From: Trichomonas gallinae | Lineage: Eukaryota | Direction: 5' to 3' | Assembly: GCA_008369845.1 (NCBI GenBank) | Contig: MRSU01010140.1 | Coordinates: 1 to 33,024 of the forward strand | DNA: 33,024 bases | The notes under the pieces: generated by a model | Told to the model about the DNA's origin: nothing | Database searches by the model: none | What the model saw: only the letters and a program-made list of their open reading frames with translations | Translations under genes and position numbers: made by a program | Shown: in pieces, positions 1-11,023 of the stretch | How positions within the stretch are numbered: position 1 is the stretch's first letter | Layout: each line of letters begins with the position of its first letter

Positions 1-7
1 AAATTTG

Positions 8-39
<32 letters not shown>
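8..39 (+). repeat. Poly(A) homopolymer (32 nt)
   Basis: Direct reading; other A-runs at 8195-8211 and 8900-8919. Confidence 0.9.
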
Positions 40-45
<6 letters not shown>

Positions 46-255
46 TGTTTCTCTATGATTCTTTTATATTTTCGTACGATATTTTAGGTTTTCCATCACT
101 AGGACCTAATACATATATATCTAAATTTAGAAAAATTTTCTCTATGTAGAATTTTCTCTTTGTTTTTGGATGATGATTTTTTTTGAATTTTAATATATTT
201 TAGGGCTTGAAAAAATTAGAGAGGGGATAATAATCTGTACGTTAAGAAAATTTCC

Positions 256-3200
256 ATGAGTAGCGATTTTCACTCCAGCAACTCAAGTTTGGAGGAAAGG
301 GAGGAAACATTAGCAGCGCTCAGGGAATTAGTCAATGAAAAACAACAGCAAATTGAACAGTTATTGGCATTAAAAGATGAAAATCGAGAACATAAAAAGA
401 AAATTCGCGAATTTGCAGACAAAGTAATGCAGCAGAAGACTGCAATTACTGAAAAGAATAAAATAATTTCGAAAATTTATCTTGAATTCGGCTTAGATCT
501 GGAAAGCGATTTCCAAATTAACTTACAAAAGCTTGTAAGTATTGCAAAAGAGTATAATACGTACAAAGAGTTCGTTAAATCGCTGTCGATGCTATTAAAT
601 TTAGATAAAGCAAATGAAACAGAAAATATTCAAGAAATAACACAATCAATCCTTAGGTATTCAGAAATTTCGCCAAAATTACAAAAAATACAAACAATAC
701 TGCAATGTTCGGACAATGAAATGCAATCAAAAGTCGAAAATTTAGTACAAAATGCAAAACTCGATGAAAATGCACACAATCACATCGCGGACATTTTAGA
801 GATGAATAAATGGGATCGTGATACAGCTTCATCAGCTCTTGGATCATTAAAACACAATTTCAAGATTCTTGATCAACAATTTGATAAGATTTGTTCATTA
901 TTCAAATTTGATCGCGAGAAAACTGATTTAACACGCGATATTGCGAAACATTTAGAAGAATTTGATGATATTGTCGATCAAAATGCAGAATATGAAAATC
1001 AAATCAATCAATTAAAAGAAATTTTGCATTCTAATGAGTCGGAAATGAGCAAGCTCCTCGAGCAAGTTGCTACTCTCAAGCGAGAAAACGATTTAAACTC
1101 AAGGAAACAAAAAATTAAAAATTCAGTTGAAAATGATGAAGAAAATGAAAATGGCGACGAAAATTCAAATCTAGTCAAGCGTCTGAGGCAGCTGCTAGAA
1201 AATCTTTACATAGATTCAGATCTAGAAGAAACGACACAGAAATTAATTGCAGAAAACGTTTCAAACAAGCAAATACTGGAAGAAATACTCGATGCTATCC
1301 CAGAAAGATCATTTTCTACAGAAATGACGATTTCTGATGTTATTAGAAAAGCAATTGCAAAATCAGATGTTTATGATCAAATCTGTGATGAGCTTGGCAT
1401 AGATTCAGAAGAAAAACCATATGAACATGCTATTGACGCAATCAGACAAATGCATAATTCAAATCCAGAAAATTTGCCTGAAAACAAAGCAGAAGTACTT
1501 GATAAAGTCATGAGATTATGTGAAAATGCGACAGTTGATAATTTATACTATCAAATCAAGAATCTTAGGCAAAAATTGACTGAAATTTCAGAAGCTAATG
1601 AAATAAACGTTTTTGAGTCATTAGAAGATGCTTTGGGTGTATTAAATGGGCTTTTTGGCACAAATGTTGATATGAAACAAATCAAATCTCTTCTTTCGAA
1701 CGAAAATTCAGAAATTTCGCAAAAATCAAACAGCAGCAGCGAGAAAACTTGTATAGTCATCGAAAATGTGAAAGAACTCAAAGATGTTGTAGACGAACTC
1801 ATTAAAACCGTTTCAACAGTCAAAACAAACTCAAACGATCAAAGAAAACCGAATGAAAGGAAAGAACTGCTTACAAAGGTGAAAGAGATGAAGGATTGCA
1901 TCGATACAACATCAAGAATACTTGGTGCAGCTTCTCTTGCCGAAATTACAAGAAAAGTCAAGGAATTAAATGAAAAATTCCAAAATTCATTCGAAAAAAC
2001 AGAAGAAACGCAAAGTATTTCTAGAACATACTCACCAATAAGCAAATACAGCCAACAAGCATCAGATTTACAGACTGCAAACGAAAATGATAAAATGGAC
2101 AACGGATCCATCAAGAACATTGCAGACTTCCAGTCAAAGTTCAACGAAATCTTCGAAACAGACGACAACGTGAAGATTTTAGAGAATTTAGCAAAAATGA
2201 AAAATGAAGTCAAGAAAGGTGATGATGACCAGGAAATCCTTAATCTAGCACATTATCTGTTTGTTCCAGAAGAAGACCAAATTTTCCACACATCAGAATC
2301 ACCAAGAAAATCATCAAAACAAAATATTTCATCAAGAAAATCAGAAAATGTTGATGATCAAGATTCTAAATTTAATTCTTCCACAAGAAAGTCAGGAATG
2401 AATGCGCTAAATGAAGATGAAGAGGATGATTTATCTAAAGGAAGATATTCGCAATTTGACAATGATAAAAATTCTAAAAATAATTCATTAGCAAGAAGAA
2501 TTGGAAAGAATGAAAATGATGATGAAGATAACAAACTCTATAAAGGAAAGATTTTCACAAATTCACTCATTGATGATAATCTTTCTAATGATGATGAAGA
2601 TTTTTCAGCCAATAAAAATTCTTACAATAAGAATCCTGTTAATAGCGATAAGGAGTTTTCTTCAGATAATCTTTCATTCGTTGATGAAAATGAAGAAGAA
2701 GATGCTTCACCATTTAAACATTCATTCGCTGATGAAAACGATGAGGAAAAAGCTTCAAAAGGAAAAATTAATTCGCTTTTTGATGATAATTTTTCAGCCA
2801 AAGACCATACGAAAGGAACAATTTCTCCTATGTCGCTTTCTCCAATGACGCCAAAATTAAATAACACAGTTGGAAGTGTAAATGCTCAATTTAATGAACT
2901 CAAAGAAATCATGAATGTTGAAACTGACAAAGATTTGACGAAAGCAGTGAAAGAGATGAGCGAAACAATAGACAACATCCGTGAAACTCTTGACATAGCT
3001 GACAGGAATCTTATAACAGATGAAGTTAAAGAACTTAAAGATTTCAAGACCGCTTTTTGCAAAGCTTTCGTTAATGATCCTAAAGAAAACTTGATAGAAA
3101 AAGTCGACGACATTAAATCGATTTTAGACAGAACAAAGAAATCAGTAGGTTCTTTGACATATCTAGGAATTCCTGATGCAGCAAACGAAATGAGGACAAT

Positions 3201-6168
3201 GAAAGATAAGCTCAATGATTTGTTTGACAAGCCAAAAGATTTGATCAAAGAAATTCAAAAAACTAAAGATGAAGTGAATTTCTTGAAGAAATTTATTGAA
3301 AAACAGAAAGACAAAAATTCAGACCAGGAGCTTCTTGCTATTGTTGAGAACGTTTCAGATATTGTTGGCGCAAAGAAACACGATGATGTTGTTAGCAAAG
3401 TGAAAGAAATTAAAAATCTTTCAGCTTCAATCGAAAAAGTTTTATCAATGAAGAAACCAGAAGAAATCATTGCAAAAGTACAAGAAATGAAATCAGTTAC
3501 TCTCCAATCATCCGTTCTTCTTAATTGCGCGAAACAGCCAGAAAATATTCCAGAAAAACTCAAAGAAATGAAAAGTGAGCTTGTTGAAATTGCCGACACA
3601 CTTGAAATCGATTTTAATGATAATATTGCAGGCAGAGTTAAAACATTGCATAGCATGATCAATGATGTTGCTCGCAGTCTCAACACAGAAATAGACGAAA
3701 TTCCAAATGAAATACAGAAAATAGTTCAAGAACAGCAAAAAGAGTCAAAGGACAGAAAAGAAAATCTCGCTAAACTTGATGAATTCCAGGTTAAATATAC
3801 AGAGACACAAAAGCTTCACAAGAAGATTTGCAGCATTTTCGGTGATGAAGACATTGAGTCTGCACTTAACTCTATGAAATTTGTCCATGATGATAACGAA
3901 AAACTCAAACAGAAAATTAATAAAATTTCATCAAAGCTCAAAACACAAAACGAAAACGAAATCGAAGAAAAAATTAATGAAATTCAGTCACAAATATCGC
4001 AAATTAAAGAAGCAATGAGGTTACCAGAATCTATCACATTTGAGGATCTCAAAGACCAAGTTGCTGTTATGTACATTGAAAATGGCGAATTTAAGATCAA
4101 CGATAAAAAACTCCGAGAAATTTTCGATGCTGATATCGATGAAGATACATTAGACATCCTCAAAGAAGTCGAGAAACTCAAGAAAATCAGTGATAAGCTC
4201 AATAATATGGACGAAGATAAAGTAAATGAACTCAACAATCTTGATTTCGAACTTAAACAAGTCCTTGGCGAAAAAACTGAAATTAATCAATTGGCCGAAA
4301 AAGTCAAAGACATGAAAAGATTCGCTGATGAAATTCAAAAATTATTCTCAACAAACGAAATACAAAACATCAAAGAATATGTTTCAAAGATGCAAGACTT
4401 TATGACTAAATTGCAACAAGTTCTAGGCTTCGATGATGTAGATCTCACTCAATCAGAGATGATTGACTGCATCGAGCAACTCAAACAATCAGAGACATCA
4501 TTAAGACAAGTATTAAATGGAAAGCCAGAGCAAGACACGAAATCATTAATTAAAGCAGCAGACGAGAAACTTAGAAAACTTGATGAAATCGAAAATATAT
4601 TAAATTCAGACGACCCGATCAATTCTTTGAAATCAATCAAAGAAGAATTCGATAGAATTAACGAATTGGCTTTGAATAACCAACAAACAGTACCTGAGTT
4701 GTTCACAGATATGAATTCAGAATTAAATGATCTTAAGAAAGAAAGGAAATTGATTCTTGAAACATTAAAAGAAAAAGATCAGAAAGCAAATATTAATGAC
4801 ATCGTTTCTTATCTAATCAAAGACAAGAAATCTTTGGAGAACAAGCTTGCAAAGTTTAAAGAAAACAATGAAAAATTCTCTGATATGTTCACAAAAATCA
4901 AAAATTCTCTTTTAATCGGCAGCAGTTTCAATGACAGTGTTGATGATATTGTAATAGATGAGATTGTCGACAAAATAAGGGAACTGGAGAGTTCTGTTGC
5001 TGCAGCGAAAGAAGAAGTTAAAAGAACTGATGATTTCTCTAAGAAAGTTAAAAATGAACTCAGAAAGATCGGTAAGTATGATGAAGACCCAGTTGAATCA
5101 ATTTCTAGAGCGAACTCTGAACTAAAGAAAGCAGAGCTTGAATTGAAGCGCGAAATTGCAGATCATGACGAAATCAGACAAAGATTTATTGAAATTCTCG
5201 AAATCGAAAATAAAGATTCGAACTTCGACGAAATTGAACAGAATCTTGTGCAAACATTAAAGAAGCAATTATCTCTGCAGATGAGGCTGTCTGCTATCTT
5301 TAAATTACCAGAAAATCACCAGTCATTCTCAGAGATTTGCATAGCGGCAAAAAGATGTGTTGACCAATTGGAAGAAAAATCATCCGACACAGAAATCAAG
5401 TCAGAAGAAGAATATAAATGCGAGAGATGCGAAGAACTTGAGCAAGACTTGAAAACTAAAGAAGATATAATCAAGAAACTCGCAAAAGAAATTGATCAGA
5501 AGAAGAAAGAAGTTTCTGGACTTAAAGATGAAGTTGAAAATCTTGAAAATGAAGTTGCGACTGTTTTCTCAAAGCTTGGACCATCTGTTTCTAACGTAAG
5601 AACTGCTCTAGAGAGAATTAGTGAGCTCAAGAAAGATTCTGACCAGCTGAAGAGGAATGAATATAAACTGAAGAAATCTGAAAAAGTCTCTAAAACCCTT
5701 CAACAATTCAAGCATGAACAAACAGAGAAATACAGGGAAGTTGCTAATAGACTTTCAGAACAAGCAGATTTCATGAAGAAGACACTCGAGAAGACAATCA
5801 AAGTGTCGAACGAAAACGGAAACAAACAGCTCGAACTAGCAAGCACATTAGTTAAAGTCGACGAAGAAAACAGAAAACTCGTTTCTATGCTGGCAGAAAA
5901 TCCAAATAAATCCGAATCGCAGCAGCCTAAAATTTCAGCTGCATTCGCACGTCTTCCAACAGATAATCCACTCTCAAAATCACAGATGGAAATGTTTAAT
6001 AAGCCAAATTCATCGCCGATAAAAATCGATACAATAAAACAAAGGACTTGCGACAATGATGATGAATTGAACAGAAAGAAGAGGAAATTATCAAAGATCC
6101 AAATGGAGATAAACTTCTCATGCAATTGTCAGGAAATGATTCCACATCAACCTCAAACACTTTTATAA
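256..6168 (+). CDS. Large coiled-coil protein (1970 aa) with a central D/E/N/S-rich low-complexity region; function unknown
   Basis: Uninterrupted ATG-TAA ORF, E/K/L/I/Q-rich helical heptad-like sequence over most of its length; no catalytic motif recognised. Confidence 0.85.
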   Translation: MSSDFHSSNSSLEEREETLAALRELVNEKQQQIEQLLALKDENREHKKKIREFADKVMQQKTAITEKNKIISKIYLEFGLDLESDFQINLQKLVSIAKEYNTYKEFVKSLSMLLNLDKANETENIQEITQSILRYSEISPKLQKIQTILQCSDNEMQSKVENLVQNAKLDENAHNHIADILEMNKWDRDTASSALGSLKHNFKILDQQFDKICSLFKFDREKTDLTRDIAKHLEEFDDIVDQNAEYENQINQLKEILHSNESEMSKLLEQVATLKRENDLNSRKQKIKNSVENDEENENGDENSNLVKRLRQLLENLYIDSDLEETTQKLIAENVSNKQILEEILDAIPERSFSTEMTISDVIRKAIAKSDVYDQICDELGIDSEEKPYEHAIDAIRQMHNSNPENLPENKAEVLDKVMRLCENATVDNLYYQIKNLRQKLTEISEANEINVFESLEDALGVLNGLFGTNVDMKQIKSLLSNENSEISQKSNSSSEKTCIVIENVKELKDVVDELIKTVSTVKTNSNDQRKPNERKELLTKVKEMKDCIDTTSRILGAASLAEITRKVKELNEKFQNSFEKTEETQSISRTYSPISKYSQQASDLQTANENDKMDNGSIKNIADFQSKFNEIFETDDNVKILENLAKMKNEVKKGDDDQEILNLAHYLFVPEEDQIFHTSESPRKSSKQNISSRKSENVDDQDSKFNSSTRKSGMNALNEDEEDDLSKGRYSQFDNDKNSKNNSLARRIGKNENDDEDNKLYKGKIFTNSLIDDNLSNDDEDFSANKNSYNKNPVNSDKEFSSDNLSFVDENEEEDASPFKHSFADENDEEKASKGKINSLFDDNFSAKDHTKGTISPMSLSPMTPKLNNTVGSVNAQFNELKEIMNVETDKDLTKAVKEMSETIDNIRETLDIADRNLITDEVKELKDFKTAFCKAFVNDPKENLIEKVDDIKSILDRTKKSVGSLTYLGIPDAANEMRTMKDKLNDLFDKPKDLIKEIQKTKDEVNFLKKFIEKQKDKNSDQELLAIVENVSDIVGAKKHDDVVSKVKEIKNLSASIEKVLSMKKPEEIIAKVQEMKSVTLQSSVLLNCAKQPENIPEKLKEMKSELVEIADTLEIDFNDNIAGRVKTLHSMINDVARSLNTEIDEIPNEIQKIVQEQQKESKDRKENLAKLDEFQVKYTETQKLHKKICSIFGDEDIESALNSMKFVHDDNEKLKQKINKISSKLKTQNENEIEEKINEIQSQISQIKEAMRLPESITFEDLKDQVAVMYIENGEFKINDKKLREIFDADIDEDTLDILKEVEKLKKISDKLNNMDEDKVNELNNLDFELKQVLGEKTEINQLAEKVKDMKRFADEIQKLFSTNEIQNIKEYVSKMQDFMTKLQQVLGFDDVDLTQSEMIDCIEQLKQSETSLRQVLNGKPEQDTKSLIKAADEKLRKLDEIENILNSDDPINSLKSIKEEFDRINELALNNQQTVPELFTDMNSELNDLKKERKLILETLKEKDQKANINDIVSYLIKDKKSLENKLAKFKENNEKFSDMFTKIKNSLLIGSSFNDSVDDIVIDEIVDKIRELESSVAAAKEEVKRTDDFSKKVKNELRKIGKYDEDPVESISRANSELKKAELELKREIADHDEIRQRFIEILEIENKDSNFDEIEQNLVQTLKKQLSLQMRLSAIFKLPENHQSFSEICIAAKRCVDQLEEKSSDTEIKSEEEYKCERCEELEQDLKTKEDIIKKLAKEIDQKKKEVSGLKDEVENLENEVATVFSKLGPSVSNVRTALERISELKKDSDQLKRNEYKLKKSEKVSKTLQQFKHEQTEKYREVANRLSEQADFMKKTLEKTIKVSNENGNKQLELASTLVKVDEENRKLVSMLAENPNKSESQQPKISAAFARLPTDNPLSKSQMEMFNKPNSSPIKIDTIKQRTCDNDDELNRKKRKLSKIQMEINFSCNCQEMIPHQPQTLL

Positions 6169-6754
6169 ATTATAATTGTTTATTTTTTATTATAATTTTA
6201 CTTTTTAATCTAAATATTAATAACTATGGAAATCCGAAATTTTGTGCTATAGAATAGAGAAACTTTTTGCGAATGCTGAATGAAGAGGATGTTAAATGTT
6301 CAGTATTGATGATCAATAATGTTAGTATTGTAATATGCTCAAATTAAAAATTTAAAATTGTTATTGAAGAATTAATTAATGGCAGCATCTATTTTTGAGC
6401 CGAGATAGGGGTTTGACAACTTCAAGAAGATCATATTTTTCAGCAAAAGACAAAGCTGTTTCGTTGAATATGTTTTTTGCCCTTATATAAATTCTAGGAT
6501 CTGTGAGAAGGAGTTTGACAACTTCATGATGACCATTCATTGAAACACACATCAAAATTGTATCATTGTCTTTGCTGTTTGTAGTTTGTGTATGAGATAG
6601 ATTGTATGTGCCAATACATAAAGATATGATAACAATACAGCTTTGATTTTGGCATCAGAAAATTGTCATTACAAAATTGTCAAATTCATTTATTTGTAAA
6701 GTGTCAGAATGTCAAAATACTATGTCACTTTTGCATTGTCAATTTTTTAAAATC

Positions 6755-7915
6755 ATGTCTGAAGAAACCCAGCATATTCTTCAAGAAAACGACGTTGTTT
6801 GGGTGTATTCAGATGAGCTCAAGTCTGATGTTGATGCTGTTATAGTTGTATTTAGAAAAGACAATTCAGAAGCATATGTTCATTTTCTAAAACAAGATAA
6901 AAGACTTGATCGCTGGGTTAGCACTTCAAAACTGAAATACCAACCTGATGGTCAATCAAAATTAGAAGAACATATTCTCTCAAGGTTTCAAAAATCGCAA
7001 ATTGGTGAATCAGATTCAGAAGACGAAGATCTTACAAAAGAATATATAAAATTCGAAAAGCTACATAGTGAAGTTACTAAAATACGCAATATTGATCAGA
7101 TAACTCTTGGAAAAAATACAATGAACGCTTGGTACTTTTCTCCTTATCCACATCCATATTTCAACAGCGAACATTTATATATCTGCGAATACTGCTTCCA
7201 ATACTTTGCAACAAAACAGAAATTAGACGAGCATTTAGAACAAACAAAAGAAAAATGTCCTCCAGGTAAAGAAATATACAGAGATGGTGACATATCTATA
7301 TTTGAACTCAAAGGATGGCGCCAAAAAGTCCCTTGCCAATGCCTTTGTCTGTTATCAAAATTATTTTTAGATCACAAAACTTTAACATATGACGTTGATG
7401 GATTTGTATTTTACGTTTTATGTGAGTGTGATAATGATGGTGCTCACATTGCAGCATATTACTCAAGAGAAACAGCATCACCACAAAATATTCTTGCTTG
7501 TATCACTACTTTGCCTCCATATCAGAAGAAAGGCTATGGTAGAATACTTATATCGCTGTCTTATGAGATCGCCAAGCGCCAGTTTAAAGTTGGAGGACCA
7601 GAAAGACCTTTATCTGATCTTGGAAAGCTTGCTTTCCATGCATACTGGAGGGATACTATTTTAGAAACCCTCAAAGAGCATAGTCACGAAATACAAAGCG
7701 TTGAAAACCTTTCTACTTTGACTGCGATTCAAAGTGATGATGTAATTATTGCTTTGAAAGAATTAGGACTTGCTTTGAAAGTTAAGGGTGAATATGAGCT
7801 GAATATCACACGCACAGCTCTTAATAACGCTCTGAAGAATTTTGATGATTCTAAATCTAGAAAGAAGATAATTCCAAATAATCTTATATGGCTTAATGGC
7901 GATGATAATGAATAA
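6755..7915 (+). CDS. MYST-family histone acetyltransferase (Esa1/Tip60/MOF-like) with N-terminal chromo/Tudor-knot domain
   Basis: YVHFLKQDKRLDRWV (chromo-barrel), WYFSPYP, CEYC zinc-finger start, FLDHKTL, LACI, QKKGYG (acetyl-CoA binding), PERPLSDLG. Start placed at ATG 6755, downstream of TCACTTTT at 6725, rather than the TTG at 6677. Confidence 0.95.
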   Translation: MSEETQHILQENDVVWVYSDELKSDVDAVIVVFRKDNSEAYVHFLKQDKRLDRWVSTSKLKYQPDGQSKLEEHILSRFQKSQIGESDSEDEDLTKEYIKFEKLHSEVTKIRNIDQITLGKNTMNAWYFSPYPHPYFNSEHLYICEYCFQYFATKQKLDEHLEQTKEKCPPGKEIYRDGDISIFELKGWRQKVPCQCLCLLSKLFLDHKTLTYDVDGFVFYVLCECDNDGAHIAAYYSRETASPQNILACITTLPPYQKKGYGRILISLSYEIAKRQFKVGGPERPLSDLGKLAFHAYWRDTILETLKEHSHEIQSVENLSTLTAIQSDDVIIALKELGLALKVKGEYELNITRTALNNALKNFDDSKSRKKIIPNNLIWLNGDDNE

Positions 7916-8221
7916 GTTTTATTGTTATGATAGAGTCTAATAAAATGTTTTATATTTGATTTTTGAAAATCGATTTCTTCTATTTTAAATAGTTGAATAT
8001 TAGTCTAATAGATTTTTCCTTATATCATAAGTGTTTAGTGCTATTTGTTCAAAATATAGTTGAATATAAATCGATGTTGTTCTGCTGACATCTTCTTCTT
8101 TGTTTACATCTATTCCATGAGCTATATGCGCTTTATAGCACAACTTTCGTAATTGATCATGAAAATCCAGACTATATTAAGTGTCAGGTCCCTGAAAAAA
8201 AAAAAAAAAAATAGGGGTTGA

Positions 8222-8880
8222 CCACTTTTTGAAAAATCTGACATATTTGATTTCAAAAAAGTTTGGTTTACATGTGAAATTATTTCTCCAACATTCAACA
8301 GATAGACCCATAAAGTGCGTTAGATATCATAGATGTAAAATCTAGGCTATATTAGGTGCCTGTTCCCTGTTATAAAAATTACAAATATAATAAACTACGT
8401 TTCAATTCAATTTTTTTAGACCTCATGAATTATGAATATTCTTAAAATCTGAAGTGATAGGATATGGTTATTTTGACCATGCTCTTGCATCCTATCCGCG
8501 TCGATGTTTTTCCTTTTTTCTTTGTAGCGTAAACTCTATTGTTGTTTCAAAAGGCATGTCATTCTACATGACTTTTTTTTTTGAAAGAACTCATTGAATA
8601 ATTCTATGAGAATTATCAATTATTTAAGAAATTATATGTCAGTATTTTTTTTTTCAAAAAGTGGCTTAAATTTTATTTATCCAACATTCAGTATATAGAT
8701 CCATAAAGAGTACTAGATGTCAGGGCTATAAAAATCTAGGCTATATTAGGTATTAGGATCTTGAAATAAAAAATAACAAATATAATTAGATTAGACAACT
8801 TTCTGAAAATATCTGACATATGTCAGATATTTATAATTTCAAAAAGTGATGCCCTCAATATAAATATATATTTATCCAAT
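8222..8880 (+). repeat. Degenerate direct repeat: two long copies and one truncated copy, with a palindromic head
   Basis: Exact 21-mer AAAATCTAGGCTATATTAGGT at 8337-8357 and 8731-8751; shared TCCAACATTCA, CCATAAAG and ACAAATATAAT; third head at about 8798-8849. Confidence 0.8.
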
Positions 8881-8976
8881 ATACATCGTTGACAATCACA
8901 AAAAAAAAAAAAAAAAAAATAAAAGTTGAAGTGATAAAAAAATCAAGAAAGAAGGAAGAAATAATTATATATATAT

Positions 8977-10812
8977 ATGACCGCAACACAAGGTGAAAAT
9001 GCTAACATTGATGAGCGCCCTTTACTACCTAAAGTGCTTGAAGTTGAAGACAGGCCAACGATTTTCGGCGCTCGTCCTGCTTCTTATAACAGAAAACCTT
9101 TCCAAACACCAACGATCAGTTTTGATCATTTAAGCTACGTCAGCTTCCAGAATATCCTCTGGACACTGCTTTGCGGCTGGTGGGTCTCCCTTTTCATCAT
9201 GATAACATCTTTATTACTTATTCTTACAGGTTTTGGATATAAAATTGGCATCAGATTGTTCGGTTTAGCTAAATTCGTGTTTTATCCATTCGGAAGATAC
9301 GCATATCTCGACAATGCCGAAAAACCAAATCTTTTAGGCAGAATTTTATTCTACCTTTTCGCATCGATTTTCATTGCCATCCCTCTCATGCTATCCATGA
9401 TACTTTCCTGGGAACTCATTTTCTACATCCCAATGGCTAAATTCTTGACAAGAGTATTATCACAAACTTTCACAAACATCTGGCGTCTAAAATTCGCACG
9501 TCTGAAGCATCACAACGCAAAGTCTGGTCGTCTTCCAGTCATTTTGACATACAGTTCCGGCTCATTCCTGTATTTCAAATTCTCAATCTTCGGAATGGAA
9601 GTTCCATACGTCAACCTCTGGCCATTCATCATTGCTACAGCTTATATTGGCTACGGTGCCTCAGAGGAGATCAAAAAGGGTAACGCCGTTCTTTTCACAT
9701 TCGTCACCATCATTGCAACAATCCCTTGCATGTACGTCATCGGTGTTTGCACTGAAATTATCTCTGGACGCTGCGGTCTCGTTCTCGGCTCACTCATCAA
9801 CGCAGGTTTTACAGGTTTGGTCGAATTAATTCTTTTCTTCTTCTCAATCAGGAAAGGTCTCGGTCAGGTTGTGCAGTCTGCTGTTACAGGAGCCTTCCTT
9901 ATGAACCTTCTCGTCATTCCAGGCCTTTCTATGCTTGCTGCCGGTATTAAATGGAAAGAAGTCAAGCTAAACAGGAAAGTTCAGTCCGTTTCTGGCACTT
10001 TCTTATTCCTTGCCATCGTTGCTGTCTTCTTCCCGGCTGTTTTCTTCAACATTTACCATCGACCAGATCTGATTTGCACAGAATGCTACGGTGTTAAAGG
10101 AGAATTCAAGGTTAGAGCAAATTCTGGTCTCAATTGCACACAATGCCACATGCTAAATCCATCAGATCTTGATTCTGATTTTGTTTACAGGACAATGGCC
10201 AAGCCTTTGATGTATACAACATCAGTATTGATGCCAATTGTGTACGGTGTTGGTCTTTTCTTCTCACTTCACACACACAAATATATTTACGATCAATTCG
10301 AAGAAGAACAGCGTGGCGAGGATTCTGTTGAGTCAATGTCAACATGGGTCTGCGTTATTGTCCTCCTCGTATCTTGCGTCATCTTTTCTATTGTTTGTGA
10401 AATTGTTGCTGATGTTATGCCACTGGCCATCAATCAGATGGATTTAACAGAACGTTTCGTTGGTCTCATCTTCTATACAATGATTCCAGCCGTCGCTGAA
10501 TTTATGAATGCGATCAGATTCGCACTTGAAGGAAACATGGGTCTTTCACTCGAAATTGGTAACCAGGGTGCCATGGTTGTCTCTTTGATCCAGATGCCAG
10601 CCCTTGTTCTTATTTCTGCAATTATTGGAAATAAGACAGCTGAGGGTTCTTTCACACTCATGTTCGAACTGGTTGATGTCTTTGCTGTCATCATCTCTGT
10701 CTTACTCAGGAACTTTATGCTCATGGAGAATTCCATCAACTACTTCACTGGTTTCGCATTCTTGGTCATCTTCACGCTTATTGCACTTGTTTACTACTTT
10801 GATCCATACTAA
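8977..10812 (+). CDS. Type II CAX / Vnx1-like cation:H+ antiporter (YccF-like N-terminal segment plus two Na_Ca_ex repeats)
   Basis: NILWTLLCGWW...FYPFGRY N-terminal segment, many hydrophobic helices, alpha-1 LINAGFTGLVELIL and alpha-2 PAVAEFMNAIRFALEGNMGLSLEIG motifs. Confidence 0.9.
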   Translation: MTATQGENANIDERPLLPKVLEVEDRPTIFGARPASYNRKPFQTPTISFDHLSYVSFQNILWTLLCGWWVSLFIMITSLLLILTGFGYKIGIRLFGLAKFVFYPFGRYAYLDNAEKPNLLGRILFYLFASIFIAIPLMLSMILSWELIFYIPMAKFLTRVLSQTFTNIWRLKFARLKHHNAKSGRLPVILTYSSGSFLYFKFSIFGMEVPYVNLWPFIIATAYIGYGASEEIKKGNAVLFTFVTIIATIPCMYVIGVCTEIISGRCGLVLGSLINAGFTGLVELILFFFSIRKGLGQVVQSAVTGAFLMNLLVIPGLSMLAAGIKWKEVKLNRKVQSVSGTFLFLAIVAVFFPAVFFNIYHRPDLICTECYGVKGEFKVRANSGLNCTQCHMLNPSDLDSDFVYRTMAKPLMYTTSVLMPIVYGVGLFFSLHTHKYIYDQFEEEQRGEDSVESMSTWVCVIVLLVSCVIFSIVCEIVADVMPLAINQMDLTERFVGLIFYTMIPAVAEFMNAIRFALEGNMGLSLEIGNQGAMVVSLIQMPALVLISAIIGNKTAEGSFTLMFELVDVFAVIISVLLRNFMLMENSINYFTGFAFLVIFTLIALVYYFDPY

Positions 10813-11023
10813 GCTCAGGGCTTTATTAAATATTTTTCTATCACTTACAATCCGCAATTTCGAAATTGTGCTTTTATTTCTCTATAAAACATTAAATAAA
10901 TAGTTGATATAGCAATAGCCTTATTTTTTTAAATCTAAAATGATTGGAATTGTTTTTTCATTGAATGCCAAAATTATACCGAAATCTGCTTTGTAAAGTT
11001 TCTAGACACGTTTTGATGCTATG

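Noticed and set aside
8..39. Poly(A) run as a retroelement tail
   Set aside because: No upstream context or target-site duplication is visible, and A-runs are frequent in this window.
653..6125. Antisense and alternate-frame ORFs inside long genes, here and throughout the window
   Set aside because: They are shadows of codon bias in the real CDSs and show no recognisable domains.
6677..6754. Upstream TTG/GTG starts in the ORF track (MYST, BTB, both Rabs, TAF5, 28274)
   Set aside because: The extensions mostly run through promoter motif arrays; downstream ATGs fit eukaryotic initiation better.
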